A DNA stretch of 51,883 nt from an uncultured Oscillospiraceae bacterium (lineage in GTDB: Bacteria > Bacillota > Clostridia > Oscillospirales > Ruminococcaceae), in assembly GCA_905212515.1 (NCBI GenBank), contig CAJMEU010000001.1, positions 1-51,883 on the forward strand, written 5' to 3'. Both the position numbers and the translations under genes were made by a program. Position 1 is the stretch's first letter. The number at the start of each line of letters is the position of its first letter. This document shows, one piece after another, positions 37,318 to 46,043 of this stretch. Below the pieces are notes generated by a model. That model was not told the origin of the DNA. It ran no database searches and saw only the letters and a list, made by a program, of their open reading frames with translations.

Positions 37318-38151
37318 TTAAACGAAATTCACTTCCACGCTGCCCACGGAACACTCGATCTCGAACAGATTGGCCGCGCTGGTTCTGTCGCTGGCGACGG
37401 TGCTCATGCCGGAGAAGGAGTAAGCCCCCATTTTTACATTGCCCAGGCGGCATTCCACCTCATAGCCGTAATCCTTCGGCTCGGGGATGTTCAATACCAC
37501 CTGCCCGGCCTCGGCGGAGATTTCCACCTGGCCGTACACCTCGCCATCCAGTTTGATCTGCCCGGCCGCAGCTTCCAGATCAGCGCTGGCAGCGGCGCTG
37601 AAATCCGTCAGGACCATCTGCCCCGCGCCCACACAGAGGTCGGCCTCCAGGCAGCGCAGACCTTCAGCAGTCATCCTGCCGGCGCCAATGGTCAGGTCCA
37701 GTTCATCCAGCAGATAGTCGGGCGGCACGGTGATGTCCACGTGGAACTCTTTCCAGTTGCCGCGCCAGCGGTCGTTGGCCGTCACCTGAAAGGTGTCTTC
37801 GTCCTGGTAGACGTCGATGGCGCTCATATCGTCAGCGGTGACGGAAAAGCCGTCGCCCGGCTGGATGGTGACCAAGGCCGCGCCCAATTCCACCTCCAGG
37901 CTGCGGATACTTTCCACGGGCACGGCGGCGCCCTCACCGGCAGCAGTCAGGGACGGAGCCGTCGGGGCGGCGGGGGCTTCCGGAGCGGCGGGGGCCGACA
38001 GGGAGAAATCTGTGCCGCCGGAGAACCAGTTGCCCAGATGGATGGGCGAACCGGAGCTTTGGCCGCCCAGGGCCTTGCCCACCAGGGCGATGCCTACGCC
38101 GATGACGGCCAGGGCCAGCAGGGACAGCAGCGAACGTTTGGGCATTTTCAT
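37318..38151 (-). CDS. DUF4097-like (putative adhesin, beta-strand repeat) membrane-anchored protein
   Basis: N-terminal TM helix, repeated xGAG turns; typical padR-DUF1700-DUF4097-pspC context. Confidence 0.75.
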   Translation of the reverse strand: MKMPKRSLLSLLALAVIGVGIALVGKALGGQSSGSPIHLGNWFSGGTDFSLSAPAAPEAPAAPTAPSLTAAGEGAAVPVESIRSLEVELGAALVTIQPGDGFSVTADDMSAIDVYQDEDTFQVTANDRWRGNWKEFHVDITVPPDYLLDELDLTIGAGRMTAEGLRCLEADLCVGAGQMVLTDFSAAASADLEAAAGQIKLDGEVYGQVEISAEAGQVVLNIPEPKDYGYEVECRLGNVKMGAYSFSGMSTVASDRTSAANLFEIECSVGSVEVNFV

Positions 38152-39135
38152 TTAGCGTCCCACCTTTCCCAGCAGGCCGCGCACGAAGCGGGTGACCCAG
38201 CGCCAGGCGGTTGGCACGCAGGTGCGTACCAACCACACGCACAAAGTGATCAGCATGGCGCCCACGGCGATGGCCACCAGGCCCAGGCCGATATCCACCA
38301 CCGAGTTCAGCGGGTGTACCACCAGGCCCAGAATGGCCCGCACGATGCTGAGGGCACCGCCCACGATGGAACCGATGCCGCCCACAGCCAGGCCGAACAG
38401 CCCGCCGATGAGGCCCATCATCAGCCCGAACAGGCCGCCGATCAGGCCGATCCAAATGGGAAAAGTCAATACCAGAATAACGATCCACAGGATATTGGTA
38501 TTGCTGCGGCTGTAGCCGCGCCGCGTGGTATTTTGGCTGTAATCATAAGGCTGGGCGTCCGGGGCCGCCGGGGGCCGGGTGTAAGCGGGGCCGCCGGTAT
38601 TCTGGGCGGGGCCCTGGTCCCGGCCGGGCGCGGGCTGCGGCCCTGCATGCTGCGCCGCCTCACCGTGCAGCACCTCAGCTGCCTGTTCGTTCAGGGATCG
38701 GGCCGCCTCTTCCGCCCGCTGCTGGGCGGCCCAGTCCGGGCCGTCCAGCGTCAGTTCGGGCTGGAGGCGGGGAGGGTCCTGCCTGGACGCGGGTTCGGCC
38801 TTCGGCGCTTCGTTTGCCTGCGCGGGGCTGGCCTCGGCCTTTTCGCGGTCCGTGGGGCGGCTGTCCGGGCCGTCCAGCGTCAGTTCAGGCTGGGGCTCCG
38901 GCTGCTCGGACGCGGCACCGGCCTTTACGCCGGCAATGCCCGTCAGCCCCAGATTAGCCCGGATGATGTTGGCCACCCGGTGCGGCGTGCCCAGTTCCGC
39001 AATCACCCGCTCCTCCGCATCGGGGCCGGCCTCGTCCAAAAACTCATCATAAAACTTCAGTGCCTCATCGCGCTCCTCTTTGCCCACGTTCTTCAGTTCC
39101 TCACCGAGCGCGGCCAAGAATTCCTCTCTATTCAT
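38152..39135 (-). CDS. DUF1700 (HAAS domain) membrane protein with a long low-complexity insert
   Basis: MNREEFLAAL..ERDEALKFYDEFLDEAG..IAELGTP; Gly-rich TM helices at the C-terminus. Confidence 0.85.
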   Translation of the reverse strand: MNREEFLAALGEELKNVGKEERDEALKFYDEFLDEAGPDAEERVIAELGTPHRVANIIRANLGLTGIAGVKAGAASEQPEPQPELTLDGPDSRPTDREKAEASPAQANEAPKAEPASRQDPPRLQPELTLDGPDWAAQQRAEEAARSLNEQAAEVLHGEAAQHAGPQPAPGRDQGPAQNTGGPAYTRPPAAPDAQPYDYSQNTTRRGYSRSNTNILWIVILVLTFPIWIGLIGGLFGLMMGLIGGLFGLAVGGIGSIVGGALSIVRAILGLVVHPLNSVVDIGLGLVAIAVGAMLITLCVWLVRTCVPTAWRWVTRFVRGLLGKVGR

Positions 39136-39448
39136 GGATGACACCCCCAAATAACAAGTTGTCGATCTTCGCTTCGTATACCTTCCATTCCTGGCGGTAG
39201 GTCTCTAATTGTTCATTGCCTTTTTCCGTGATGCTGTAGTAGCGGCGGTTGCGGCCGGCAAACTCGCGGTCGTAAGTTTCCAGCAGTGCGTTTTTCTGTA
39301 ACCGCCGCAGTACGGGGTACAGGGTCGATTCGGACACATCCATCACACTGCGCACATCCTGCGTGATTTTATAACCATAGGTGCTCTCGTAGCTCACGAT
39401 GCTCAGCACCAGGGCATCCAGCAGTGCGGCGCCTGTATTAAAAGCCAT
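39128..39448 (-). CDS. PadR family regulator
   Basis: YGYKITQ..SESTLYPVLRRL..GRNRRYYSITEKG. Confidence 0.93.
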   Translation of the reverse strand: MAFNTGAALLDALVLSIVSYESTYGYKITQDVRSVMDVSESTLYPVLRRLQKNALLETYDREFAGRNRRYYSITEKGNEQLETYRQEWKVYEAKIDNLLFGGVIHE

Positions 39449-39506
39449 AGGTCCCCTTCCTTTCTGCAACCTGCGGGACGCGCCCCGCGGGGAAAAGATT
39501 CTTCCG

Positions 39507-39543
39507 TTGACAATATTATAGAATATATAATATTAAATGTCAA
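39507..39543 (-). promoter_or_regulatory. Consensus sigma-A promoter with an overlapping palindrome (candidate PadR operator)
   Basis: Minus-strand TTGACA (39543-39538)-17 bp-TATAAT (39520-39515); AATATTATA-N5-TATAATATT at 39512-39534. Confidence 0.8.
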
Positions 39544-39629
39544 TGCATTATTGCAAAAAATTTATCTGCTTATGAAACGATGCAGGAAGGCAAAAGGATT
39601 CAACATTTTTTACGCGGAAGAAAAGAGGA

Positions 39630-39666
39630 AAAAAGCCCGCCGAACAGGAAAATCGTTCGGCGGGCA
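39630..39666 (-). terminator. Intrinsic terminator of the cyclophilin gene
   Basis: GCCCGCCGAAC/GTTCGGCGGGC stem with an A-run on the plus strand. Confidence 0.85.
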
Positions 39667-39680
39667 ATCGATTCAGTTGT

Positions 39681-40154
39681 TTATTCCACCACGCGCACGG
39701 TTTTCATCACCGCGGGGGCCTTGGGCTTATCGCGCCAGTCGGTGGGCAGGGCGGCGATCTCATCCACCACCTCGATGCCCTCCACCACGCGGCCGAAGGC
39801 GGCGTAGCTGCCGTCCAGGTGGGGCGCGTCCTCATGCATGATGAAGAACTGGCTGCCGGCCGAGTTGGGGTTCTGGCTGCGGGCCATGCTGATGGTGCCG
39901 CGGGTGTGGTGCAGGGGATTGGCAATGCCGTTCTGGGCGAACTCGCCCTTGATGCCGTAACCCGGGCCGCCCATGCCGGTGCCCTCGGGGTCGCCGCCCT
40001 GGATCATGAAGCCGGGGATGACGCGGTGGAAGATCAGGCCGTCATAAAAGCCCTCCCGCACCAGCTTTTCAAAGTTTTCGCAAGTCAGCGGCGCCGCGCT
40101 GGGGTCCAGCTCGATGCGCATGACTTTGCCGTTTTCCATGGTGATCTCGATCAT
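39681..40154 (-). CDS. Cyclophilin-type peptidyl-prolyl cis-trans isomerase
   Basis: FHRVIPGFMIQGGDP, SMAR..NSAGSQFFI, HLDGSYAAFG. Confidence 0.96.
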   Translation of the reverse strand: MIEITMENGKVMRIELDPSAAPLTCENFEKLVREGFYDGLIFHRVIPGFMIQGGDPEGTGMGGPGYGIKGEFAQNGIANPLHHTRGTISMARSQNPNSAGSQFFIMHEDAPHLDGSYAAFGRVVEGIEVVDEIAALPTDWRDKPKAPAVMKTVRVVE

Positions 40155-40202
40155 AGTCCGCTTCTCCTTTGTGATAGAAAGTTTTTCTCAGTATAACACA
40201 GA

Positions 40203-40637
40203 TCATGGAAAAGAAAAAGAGGCGGACGGCTGCGCCGCGCCGCATTCGCTGCACGCGGCATCGTGCAGTGAAATGACACCGCCGCACACAGGGCAGGTGT
40301 ATCTTTCCCGCTGCCGCGCCATAAAGGCGGCCAATCCCTCTTCCTGTACAAAACGGCTGTTGGCCGTCAGGCTGGCACGGTATCGCTTTTGATAACTTTT
40401 TTCCAGGGCGTTGATGCGCCTGCAGGGATATTCGGCGCAGGCATGGCAATGGACAAGGCCCTTTTCCCGGGCGCAGTCCTTGATGGCACACCGGCGGCAG
40501 TGTGCGGGCTTGCCCTGGCCGCCCACCAGGCAGCCGGCGCAGGGTGTTTTATGGGCGCAGTGCTTGTAGCACACCAGGCAGTTCATCCCGCAGGGGGCGA
40601 ACAAGGCCGGGTCCAGCGGGCCGGCGGGCATTTTCAT
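40203..40637 (-). CDS. DUF3795-like Cys-rich protein
   Basis: APCGMNCLVC, CAGC, CAIKDCA, HCHACAEYPC, CPVCGG..CSECG. Confidence 0.8.
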   Translation of the reverse strand: MKMPAGPLDPALFAPCGMNCLVCYKHCAHKTPCAGCLVGGQGKPAHCRRCAIKDCAREKGLVHCHACAEYPCRRINALEKSYQKRYRASLTANSRFVQEEGLAAFMARQRERYTCPVCGGVISLHDAACSECGAAQPSASFSFP

Positions 40638-41119
40638 TGCAGCTCCTCCTTTGCAGGGCCATGATCCGGGATGGGCAGCCGTTCGATGGCATCCAGCGCC
40701 GCCCGGATGTCCCTGTACACCAGCGGTCCCATACTGAGGGCGTAACGGCCGGGGTCCACCCCATGCAGCGCGCGCAGGATCTCTTCCCGCAGGTCGGGCT
40801 TGGCGGCTGCCAGGCCGGGCAGTGCCCCGATACACTGGCGCGCGGTGATGGGCTTCGGGTCCATGACATGCCGCAGGTATTGGCCGATGACGGCGTCGAC
40901 CTTATACTCCGTATCCCATGGGGCGTTGGCGGCGATCAGCAGCAGCCCGCGGATGCGGGCCAGGGAATTGGGGCTGTCCATCAGCTCGATGAAGCGGTCC
41001 ATATAGGCGTACACCCCGCTGCCCTGGGCGCTTCGCCGCAGCAGCTCCTGCAAGGCGCCGTAAGCGGCGGTGTTGTCTTTGCCGCACAGCAGCGCCACCA
41101 GGTCTTCTGAAGTTTCCAT
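40634..41119 (-). CDS. Hypothetical alpha-helical (HEAT/ARM-like) protein
   Basis: Helical pattern (NSLARIRGLLLIAANAPWD, KPITARQCI); good RBS; ATGA overlap with the next gene. Confidence 0.65.
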   Translation of the reverse strand: METSEDLVALLCGKDNTAAYGALQELLRRSAQGSGVYAYMDRFIELMDSPNSLARIRGLLLIAANAPWDTEYKVDAVIGQYLRHVMDPKPITARQCIGALPGLAAAKPDLREEILRALHGVDPGRYALSMGPLVYRDIRAALDAIERLPIPDHGPAKEELQ

Positions 41120-41241
41120 ATCGGTCTCCTTTCCATCCGGCCGCTAGGCTGGGAAAATCCTGAACCACAGCTTGCCGCCGGCGCGGCCCGATTACAGCGT
41201 GGGGCGCGCAGCGCAAGAACAGTCCTTTGCCCCGCTTTCTT

Positions 41242-42897
41242 TTAAGAAAGCGGGGGCGGGGCCAGGCGGCGGGCTTCGGCGACCACTGCGGGCGGGAAGC
41301 CCATCTCGTCCAGCAGACGGATGGCATTGCGCCCGCGGGCCGGGCCGCCGCGCAGCAGGTAATCAAAAGCCACGGCGCCGTTTTGCACCACTTCCTGGAA
41401 GTGATAATTATCGCACACGTCGGCCAGGGCCCCGGTCAGCTCCACGTCATGGGTGGCCACGAAACACAGGGCACCGGTGCCAGCCAAGTGGCGCAGCACC
41501 GCCTGGCTGGCGGCCAGGCGCTCGTCGGTATTGGTCCCCCGCAGGATCTCGTCCACAAAGCAGAGGAACTCCTCGCCCGCGTCGGCACGCTGCAAAACGC
41601 GCCGCAGGCTGCGCAGCTCGGCTACAAAATAACTCTCCCCAGCCAACAGGTCATCGGCGATGGCCATGCTGGACAGCACGGGCAAGGGCCCGGCCTTCAA
41701 GGCGAAACGCCGGGCTGTGCAGAGGCCCAGCGTCTGAGCCAGCAGGGCGTTTAGGGCCAGGGCTTTAAGGAAGGTGGATTTGCCCGAAGCGTTGCTGCCC
41801 GTGAACAGCGCGCAGCGGCTGAAGGCGCCGCTGTTGGGCACGGCCTGGGGCAGCAGGGGATGCCGCACCTCCTGGGCCTCCAGACGGTTTTTCGGCAGAA
41901 AGTCCGGCGCACACACGGGCCCGGCCTGTCCGGCGGCAAAGGAAGCGGCACAGGAGGCCAGCTCCACTTCGCCCAACAGGCAGAACAGCTGTTCCAGCGC
42001 CGCGGGCTGGGCGGCCAGGGCCCGCACCGCGCGCTGATAATACAGAACCGGCAGCAGGAACACCATATTGAGCACGTCGATCAAAAAGTCGGAACCCGCG
42101 ATCTCCGCGCCGGCCTGGCCGGTGCGCACCAGCCAGGATAACGGCCCCGCCGCACCGGACAAAGAATCCAGCGCTTTGCCCAGTTTTTCGCACAGATGCG
42201 GCGCGGCCGGCTGCAGGGCCTTGTGCACGCCGCGTCCCGCGCGCAGCACGTCTGAAAGATAGGCCAGTGTGTCCAGCCAGGCTGCGGTCTTTGTCTTGGC
42301 CCGCTGGCAAAGCAGCACGTTCAGGCACACCGCGCCCACCAAGGCGGGCACGCCCCAGGGCCGGCCCAGCGCGGCTAGGCAGAAAAGGGGCAGCAGGCCG
42401 CAAATAAGGTAAAGGGCCGGCGCCTTCAACACGGCGAATTGGGGCGAAAACAACAGGCGGGAAAAATCCCCGCCCCGCTTGCGGCCCGTGCCGGCCAGGG
42501 CCAGCTGCGCGGCCACCCGGGCCTCTTCATGCGCTGCAAGGGCCTGGGCCAACGCTTGGCGCCGGGCCGCATCAGCCGGCGCCAGGGGACGGTGCAGCGC
42601 GGCGTACAAATAGCCCTCGCCCACGGCGCTTTGGCAGATATTCAACCGGGCGAACACCTCGTCCATGTCCAGGTCCTGCCAAGTGCGCTCGTCCACATCG
42701 GCTGGCCCGGCGTTGTCGGCTAGGCGCTGCCACCAGGCGCCGGTCAGCTTGCGGGGCGCGCCGTCCTCCGGCGCCTGCCCAAAACTGTGGACGATGCGCC
42801 GGCGCAGCGCGGCACGGCGGCGGCGCGCGTCCCAAAAGGTATAGGCCGCCAGCAGGGCCGTCACCCCGGCCAGCAAAGCGATCAAGCTCCAGTCCAC
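41242..42897 (-). CDS. Membrane-associated MutS-related ATPase (MutS domain V)
   Basis: TWQDLDMD, TM segments, HPLL, TGSNASGKSTFL, SYFVAEL, VDEILRGTNTDER, VATHD. Confidence 0.88.
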   Translation of the reverse strand: MDWSLIALLAGVTALLAAYTFWDARRRRAALRRRIVHSFGQAPEDGAPRKLTGAWWQRLADNAGPADVDERTWQDLDMDEVFARLNICQSAVGEGYLYAALHRPLAPADAARRQALAQALAAHEEARVAAQLALAGTGRKRGGDFSRLLFSPQFAVLKAPALYLICGLLPLFCLAALGRPWGVPALVGAVCLNVLLCQRAKTKTAAWLDTLAYLSDVLRAGRGVHKALQPAAPHLCEKLGKALDSLSGAAGPLSWLVRTGQAGAEIAGSDFLIDVLNMVFLLPVLYYQRAVRALAAQPAALEQLFCLLGEVELASCAASFAAGQAGPVCAPDFLPKNRLEAQEVRHPLLPQAVPNSGAFSRCALFTGSNASGKSTFLKALALNALLAQTLGLCTARRFALKAGPLPVLSSMAIADDLLAGESYFVAELRSLRRVLQRADAGEEFLCFVDEILRGTNTDERLAASQAVLRHLAGTGALCFVATHDVELTGALADVCDNYHFQEVVQNGAVAFDYLLRGGPARGRNAIRLLDEMGFPPAVVAEARRLAPPPLS

Positions 42898-42936
42898 TCC
42901 GCGCGCCCCCTTCCACTTTTACTCAGGGCTATTATA

Positions 42937-43704
42937 TCACATCGGCGCCAGCAATGCATCCAGCATGCGGGCCGGGTCGTCCAGAAAGGCTTTCGTCACC
43001 TGGTAGGGCATGGTGTCCTTGTAAGGGGTGCGGGCCAGGCCCTGATCGCTCAGCACCAAAATATCCGCGCCGGGATAGGCCAGCAGAATGGGCGAGTGGG
43101 TGGCGATGATGAACTGGCTGCCCTGCTGGCATAAGCCGTGGAGGGCCGCCAGCAGCGTCAGCTGCCGGCTGGCGGAGAGGGCGGCCTCCGGCTCGTCCAG
43201 CAGATACAGGCCCTGGCCGCCGAAGCGGTTCAGCACCAGGGCCAGAAAGCTCTCGCCATGGCTTTGGGCGTGCAGGCTGCGGCCGCCGTAACTGTCCAAG
43301 ACAGGGCGGCCTGCGGCGGGGATGGCGTCCAGACGCTGGATCTCCGTGGCCACATTGTAAAAACTCTCGGCCCGCAGGAAATAGCCGTCCTTCTCCCGCC
43401 GGGGGCCCCGCCGCAGCCGCAGGAAGCGGTGCAGCCCCGTGTGGGTGTCGGCCGTGGAAAAATGGAAATTGCGGCTGCCGCCCTCGGGGTTGAAGCCCGC
43501 CACCACGGCCAGCGCCTCCAGCAGGGTGGATTTACCCGTGCCATTTTCGCCGCACAGGAAAGTGACGGGGCCCGCGAACTGCAGTTCTTCCCTGAGGGCC
43601 TGCACCGCCGGCAGGCGCAGGGCAAAGCAATCCTCGTCTGCCAGGGCCCCGCCGCAGGCTTCGTCCAGCCGCACCGCGCGCAGGTAAAGGGGAAATTCGT
43701 TCAT
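42937..43704 (-). CDS. AAA/ABC-type ATPase (COG3910-like)
   Basis: GENGTGKSTLLEA, GFNPEGGS, FLRAESF, SHGESF, LLDEPEAALS, IIATHSP. Confidence 0.9.
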   Translation of the reverse strand: MNEFPLYLRAVRLDEACGGALADEDCFALRLPAVQALREELQFAGPVTFLCGENGTGKSTLLEALAVVAGFNPEGGSRNFHFSTADTHTGLHRFLRLRRGPRREKDGYFLRAESFYNVATEIQRLDAIPAAGRPVLDSYGGRSLHAQSHGESFLALVLNRFGGQGLYLLDEPEAALSASRQLTLLAALHGLCQQGSQFIIATHSPILLAYPGADILVLSDQGLARTPYKDTMPYQVTKAFLDDPARMLDALLAPM

Positions 43705-44504
43705 AGGATGCTCCTTTCCCAGGGCAGCGCCGCCGGCCCGGACGCCTCTGCGGGGCCGGGGGGCTGCCACGGCAGGAGGTAAGGCGAGTGGCGCTGGGGC
43801 ATGTGGCCCATCTGGCAGCGGGGGTTTACGCGCTCTTCCACGGCGATGGTTTTGACGAAGCGCCGCCACAGTGCGCGGTATTGGCGCTCTTCGGCCGTCA
43901 GCGGGGGCAGGGCCAGATCGTCCAGCGCCAGGATATCGGCCCGCTTTTCACGCCACACCAGGGCGGCCTTGTGGGTGCGGTCGTAAATAAGGAACTGCTC
44001 GCCGCCGAAGCGCCCGATGAAATGGGGCGCAAGGTAGGGCAGCACGAAATTTTTGGGGCCGATCTCCGCCGCCAGGCCCGCGCCTGTGTCTGTGAAGCGG
44101 ATGAAGCCCGTCAGCAAATGGGCCTCATGCTTTAAATGCTGCTGGGCGGCCAGCAGCGGTGCCACCAACGGATGGCCCAGCATGCGGCACACGTTTTTGC
44201 AGCGGTAGCCCAGCAGGAGGAAGCGGAGCAGCGCCAGTTCCTTGTGTTCCAGGCAGGTGCAGAACACATCCCGCACCAATTCTTCCGCCTCCGGACCGAT
44301 CTTCGCCGGGATGGAGGCCACCACCCGCGCCGCATGGCCGGCATCCGTGGCGACGGCGCAGGGCTGGTACAGGCTGGGCTGGGCGTCCGCCTCGGGCTGG
44401 ATGTCCGCGGGCACCTGCCGCCTGTACACGCTCTCGTACACGCAGCACAAAAAGCCGTCGAAGGTGCCGTCATATAAATAAACTAGATCGCTTTCAGCAG
44501 GCAT
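43701..44504 (-). CDS. TIGR03915-like putative DNA metabolism protein (DUF4130)
   Basis: YLYDGTFDGFLCCV, EAHLLTGFIRF, PHFIGRF..FLIYD, LWRRF..IAVEERVNP..MP. Confidence 0.88.
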   Translation of the reverse strand: MPAESDLVYLYDGTFDGFLCCVYESVYRRQVPADIQPEADAQPSLYQPCAVATDAGHAARVVASIPAKIGPEAEELVRDVFCTCLEHKELALLRFLLLGYRCKNVCRMLGHPLVAPLLAAQQHLKHEAHLLTGFIRFTDTGAGLAAEIGPKNFVLPYLAPHFIGRFGGEQFLIYDRTHKAALVWREKRADILALDDLALPPLTAEERQYRALWRRFVKTIAVEERVNPRCQMGHMPQRHSPYLLPWQPPGPAEASGPAALPWERSIL

Positions 44505-45823
44505 GACGCCGCCTCCTCTTGCATCATGGCGCCGGCCAACGGCAGCGGTGTGCCGCCGGCGGCCAGCTGCTGCACGGCCGGCGCGCTGAACAGGTTCAGC
44601 TGCTCGCTGCCGAAATTGAAGGCCTTGGGGTCCAGCAAAGCGCGCACTGTCTGCTCCCGCGTGGCGTGGGCGCCGGTGACAAAGCCTTTGCAGGTGATAA
44701 AATACTGCGCGCGCTTGAGCACCACGCCGATGCGCCGCAGTTCGGCCAGCCCCAGCGCCCCCTGGCGGCGGGCCGTGCGGATGCGCTGGGCACTTTTGGG
44801 CCCGATGCCCGGCACCCGCAGCAGCATCTCATAGCTGCAGCGGTTCACGTCCACGGGGAACAGCTCCAAATGGTGCAGGGCCCAGTTGCACTTGGGGTCC
44901 AGGTAAGGATCGAAATCCGGGTGCTGCTCGTCCAAAATTTCCCGTGCGCCGAAGCCATAGTAGCGCAGCAGCCAGTCGGCCTGGTACAGCCGGTGCTCGC
45001 GCAGCAGCGGGGGCTTCGTGTCCAGGGCGGGCAGCAGCGCGTTTTCGGCCACCGGCACATAAGCGGAGAAAAACACGCGCTTCAGCGAGAACTTTTTGTA
45101 CAGCCCTTCGGTCAGGCGCAGGATGTGGAAATCGCTCTCCGGGCTGGCGCCCACGATCATCTGGGTACTCTGGCCGGCCGGCGCGAAGCGCGGCGCGGCC
45201 CGGTACACCGCCAATTCGGCTTTGCTCTGGGCGATGCCGCTGCTCACCTGCTTCATGGGCTGCAGGATGGCGGGCTTTTTCTTCTCCGGCGCCAGCAGGG
45301 AAAGGCTCTGCTCGCTGGGAAGTTCGATATTCACGCTCAGCCGGTCGGCCAAAAGTCCCAGCCGCCGCACCAGCAACGGGTCTGCGCCGGGGATGGTCTT
45401 GGCGTGGATATAGCCCCGAAATCCATATTCGCCGCGCAAAAGCTCCAGCGCCTTGATCATCTGCTCCATGGTATAGTCCGGCGTGTTCAGCACGGCGCTG
45501 GAAAGGAACAGCCCCTCGATGTAATTGCGGCGGTAAAAGCCGATGGTCAGCTCGGCCAATTCCCGCGGGGTGAAGGCGGCGCGGGGCACGTCGCTGGTGC
45601 GCCGGTTCACGCAGTACTTGCAGTCGTAGCGACACACATTGGTCATCAGCACCTTCAAAAGGCTTACGCAGCGCCCGTCGGCCGAGAACGTGTGGCAGAT
45701 GCCCGGCGCGCTGGCGCTGCCCAGATGCACACCGTCGCCGGCGCGATCCACACCCGACGAGGTGCACGCCACGTCATATTTGGCGCTGTCCGTCAATATA
45801 GTCAGCTTTTCCATCAGGTCCAC
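44483..45823 (-). CDS. TIGR03916-like putative DNA modification/repair radical SAM protein
   Basis: AKYDVACTSSG, GICHTFSADGRCVSLLK, CxxxCxxC (CRYDCKYC), REHRLYQADWLLR, C-terminal HhH (LLRVPGIGPKSA). Confidence 0.92.
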   Translation of the reverse strand: MDLMEKLTILTDSAKYDVACTSSGVDRAGDGVHLGSASAPGICHTFSADGRCVSLLKVLMTNVCRYDCKYCVNRRTSDVPRAAFTPRELAELTIGFYRRNYIEGLFLSSAVLNTPDYTMEQMIKALELLRGEYGFRGYIHAKTIPGADPLLVRRLGLLADRLSVNIELPSEQSLSLLAPEKKKPAILQPMKQVSSGIAQSKAELAVYRAAPRFAPAGQSTQMIVGASPESDFHILRLTEGLYKKFSLKRVFFSAYVPVAENALLPALDTKPPLLREHRLYQADWLLRYYGFGAREILDEQHPDFDPYLDPKCNWALHHLELFPVDVNRCSYEMLLRVPGIGPKSAQRIRTARRQGALGLAELRRIGVVLKRAQYFITCKGFVTGAHATREQTVRALLDPKAFNFGSEQLNLFSAPAVQQLAAGGTPLPLAGAMMQEEAASCLLKAI

Positions 45824-46043
45824 GGCATACCACATCCTTGTGTTGGCTTCGGCGGCGCCCGGCCGCCCCCAAAAGGGTACAAAAAAGAAAGGCCCGCCCC
45901 AAACGGGCCTATAGATGATACAAAAAGTATATTTTTGCGTTATCAATACAAAAAGTAAATGCCCGCAGCGGCGAAGGAAAAGGGAACGGCCGCTCGTTAT
46001 ACAGATAGCGGCGGCAAAAGCCGCGCGGAGAAAAGGAGAAGGA

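Noticed and set aside
39507..39536. Plus-strand promoter opposing padR
   Set aside because: The plus-strand TTGACA to TATAAT spacing is 13 bp and no gene follows; explained by operator symmetry.
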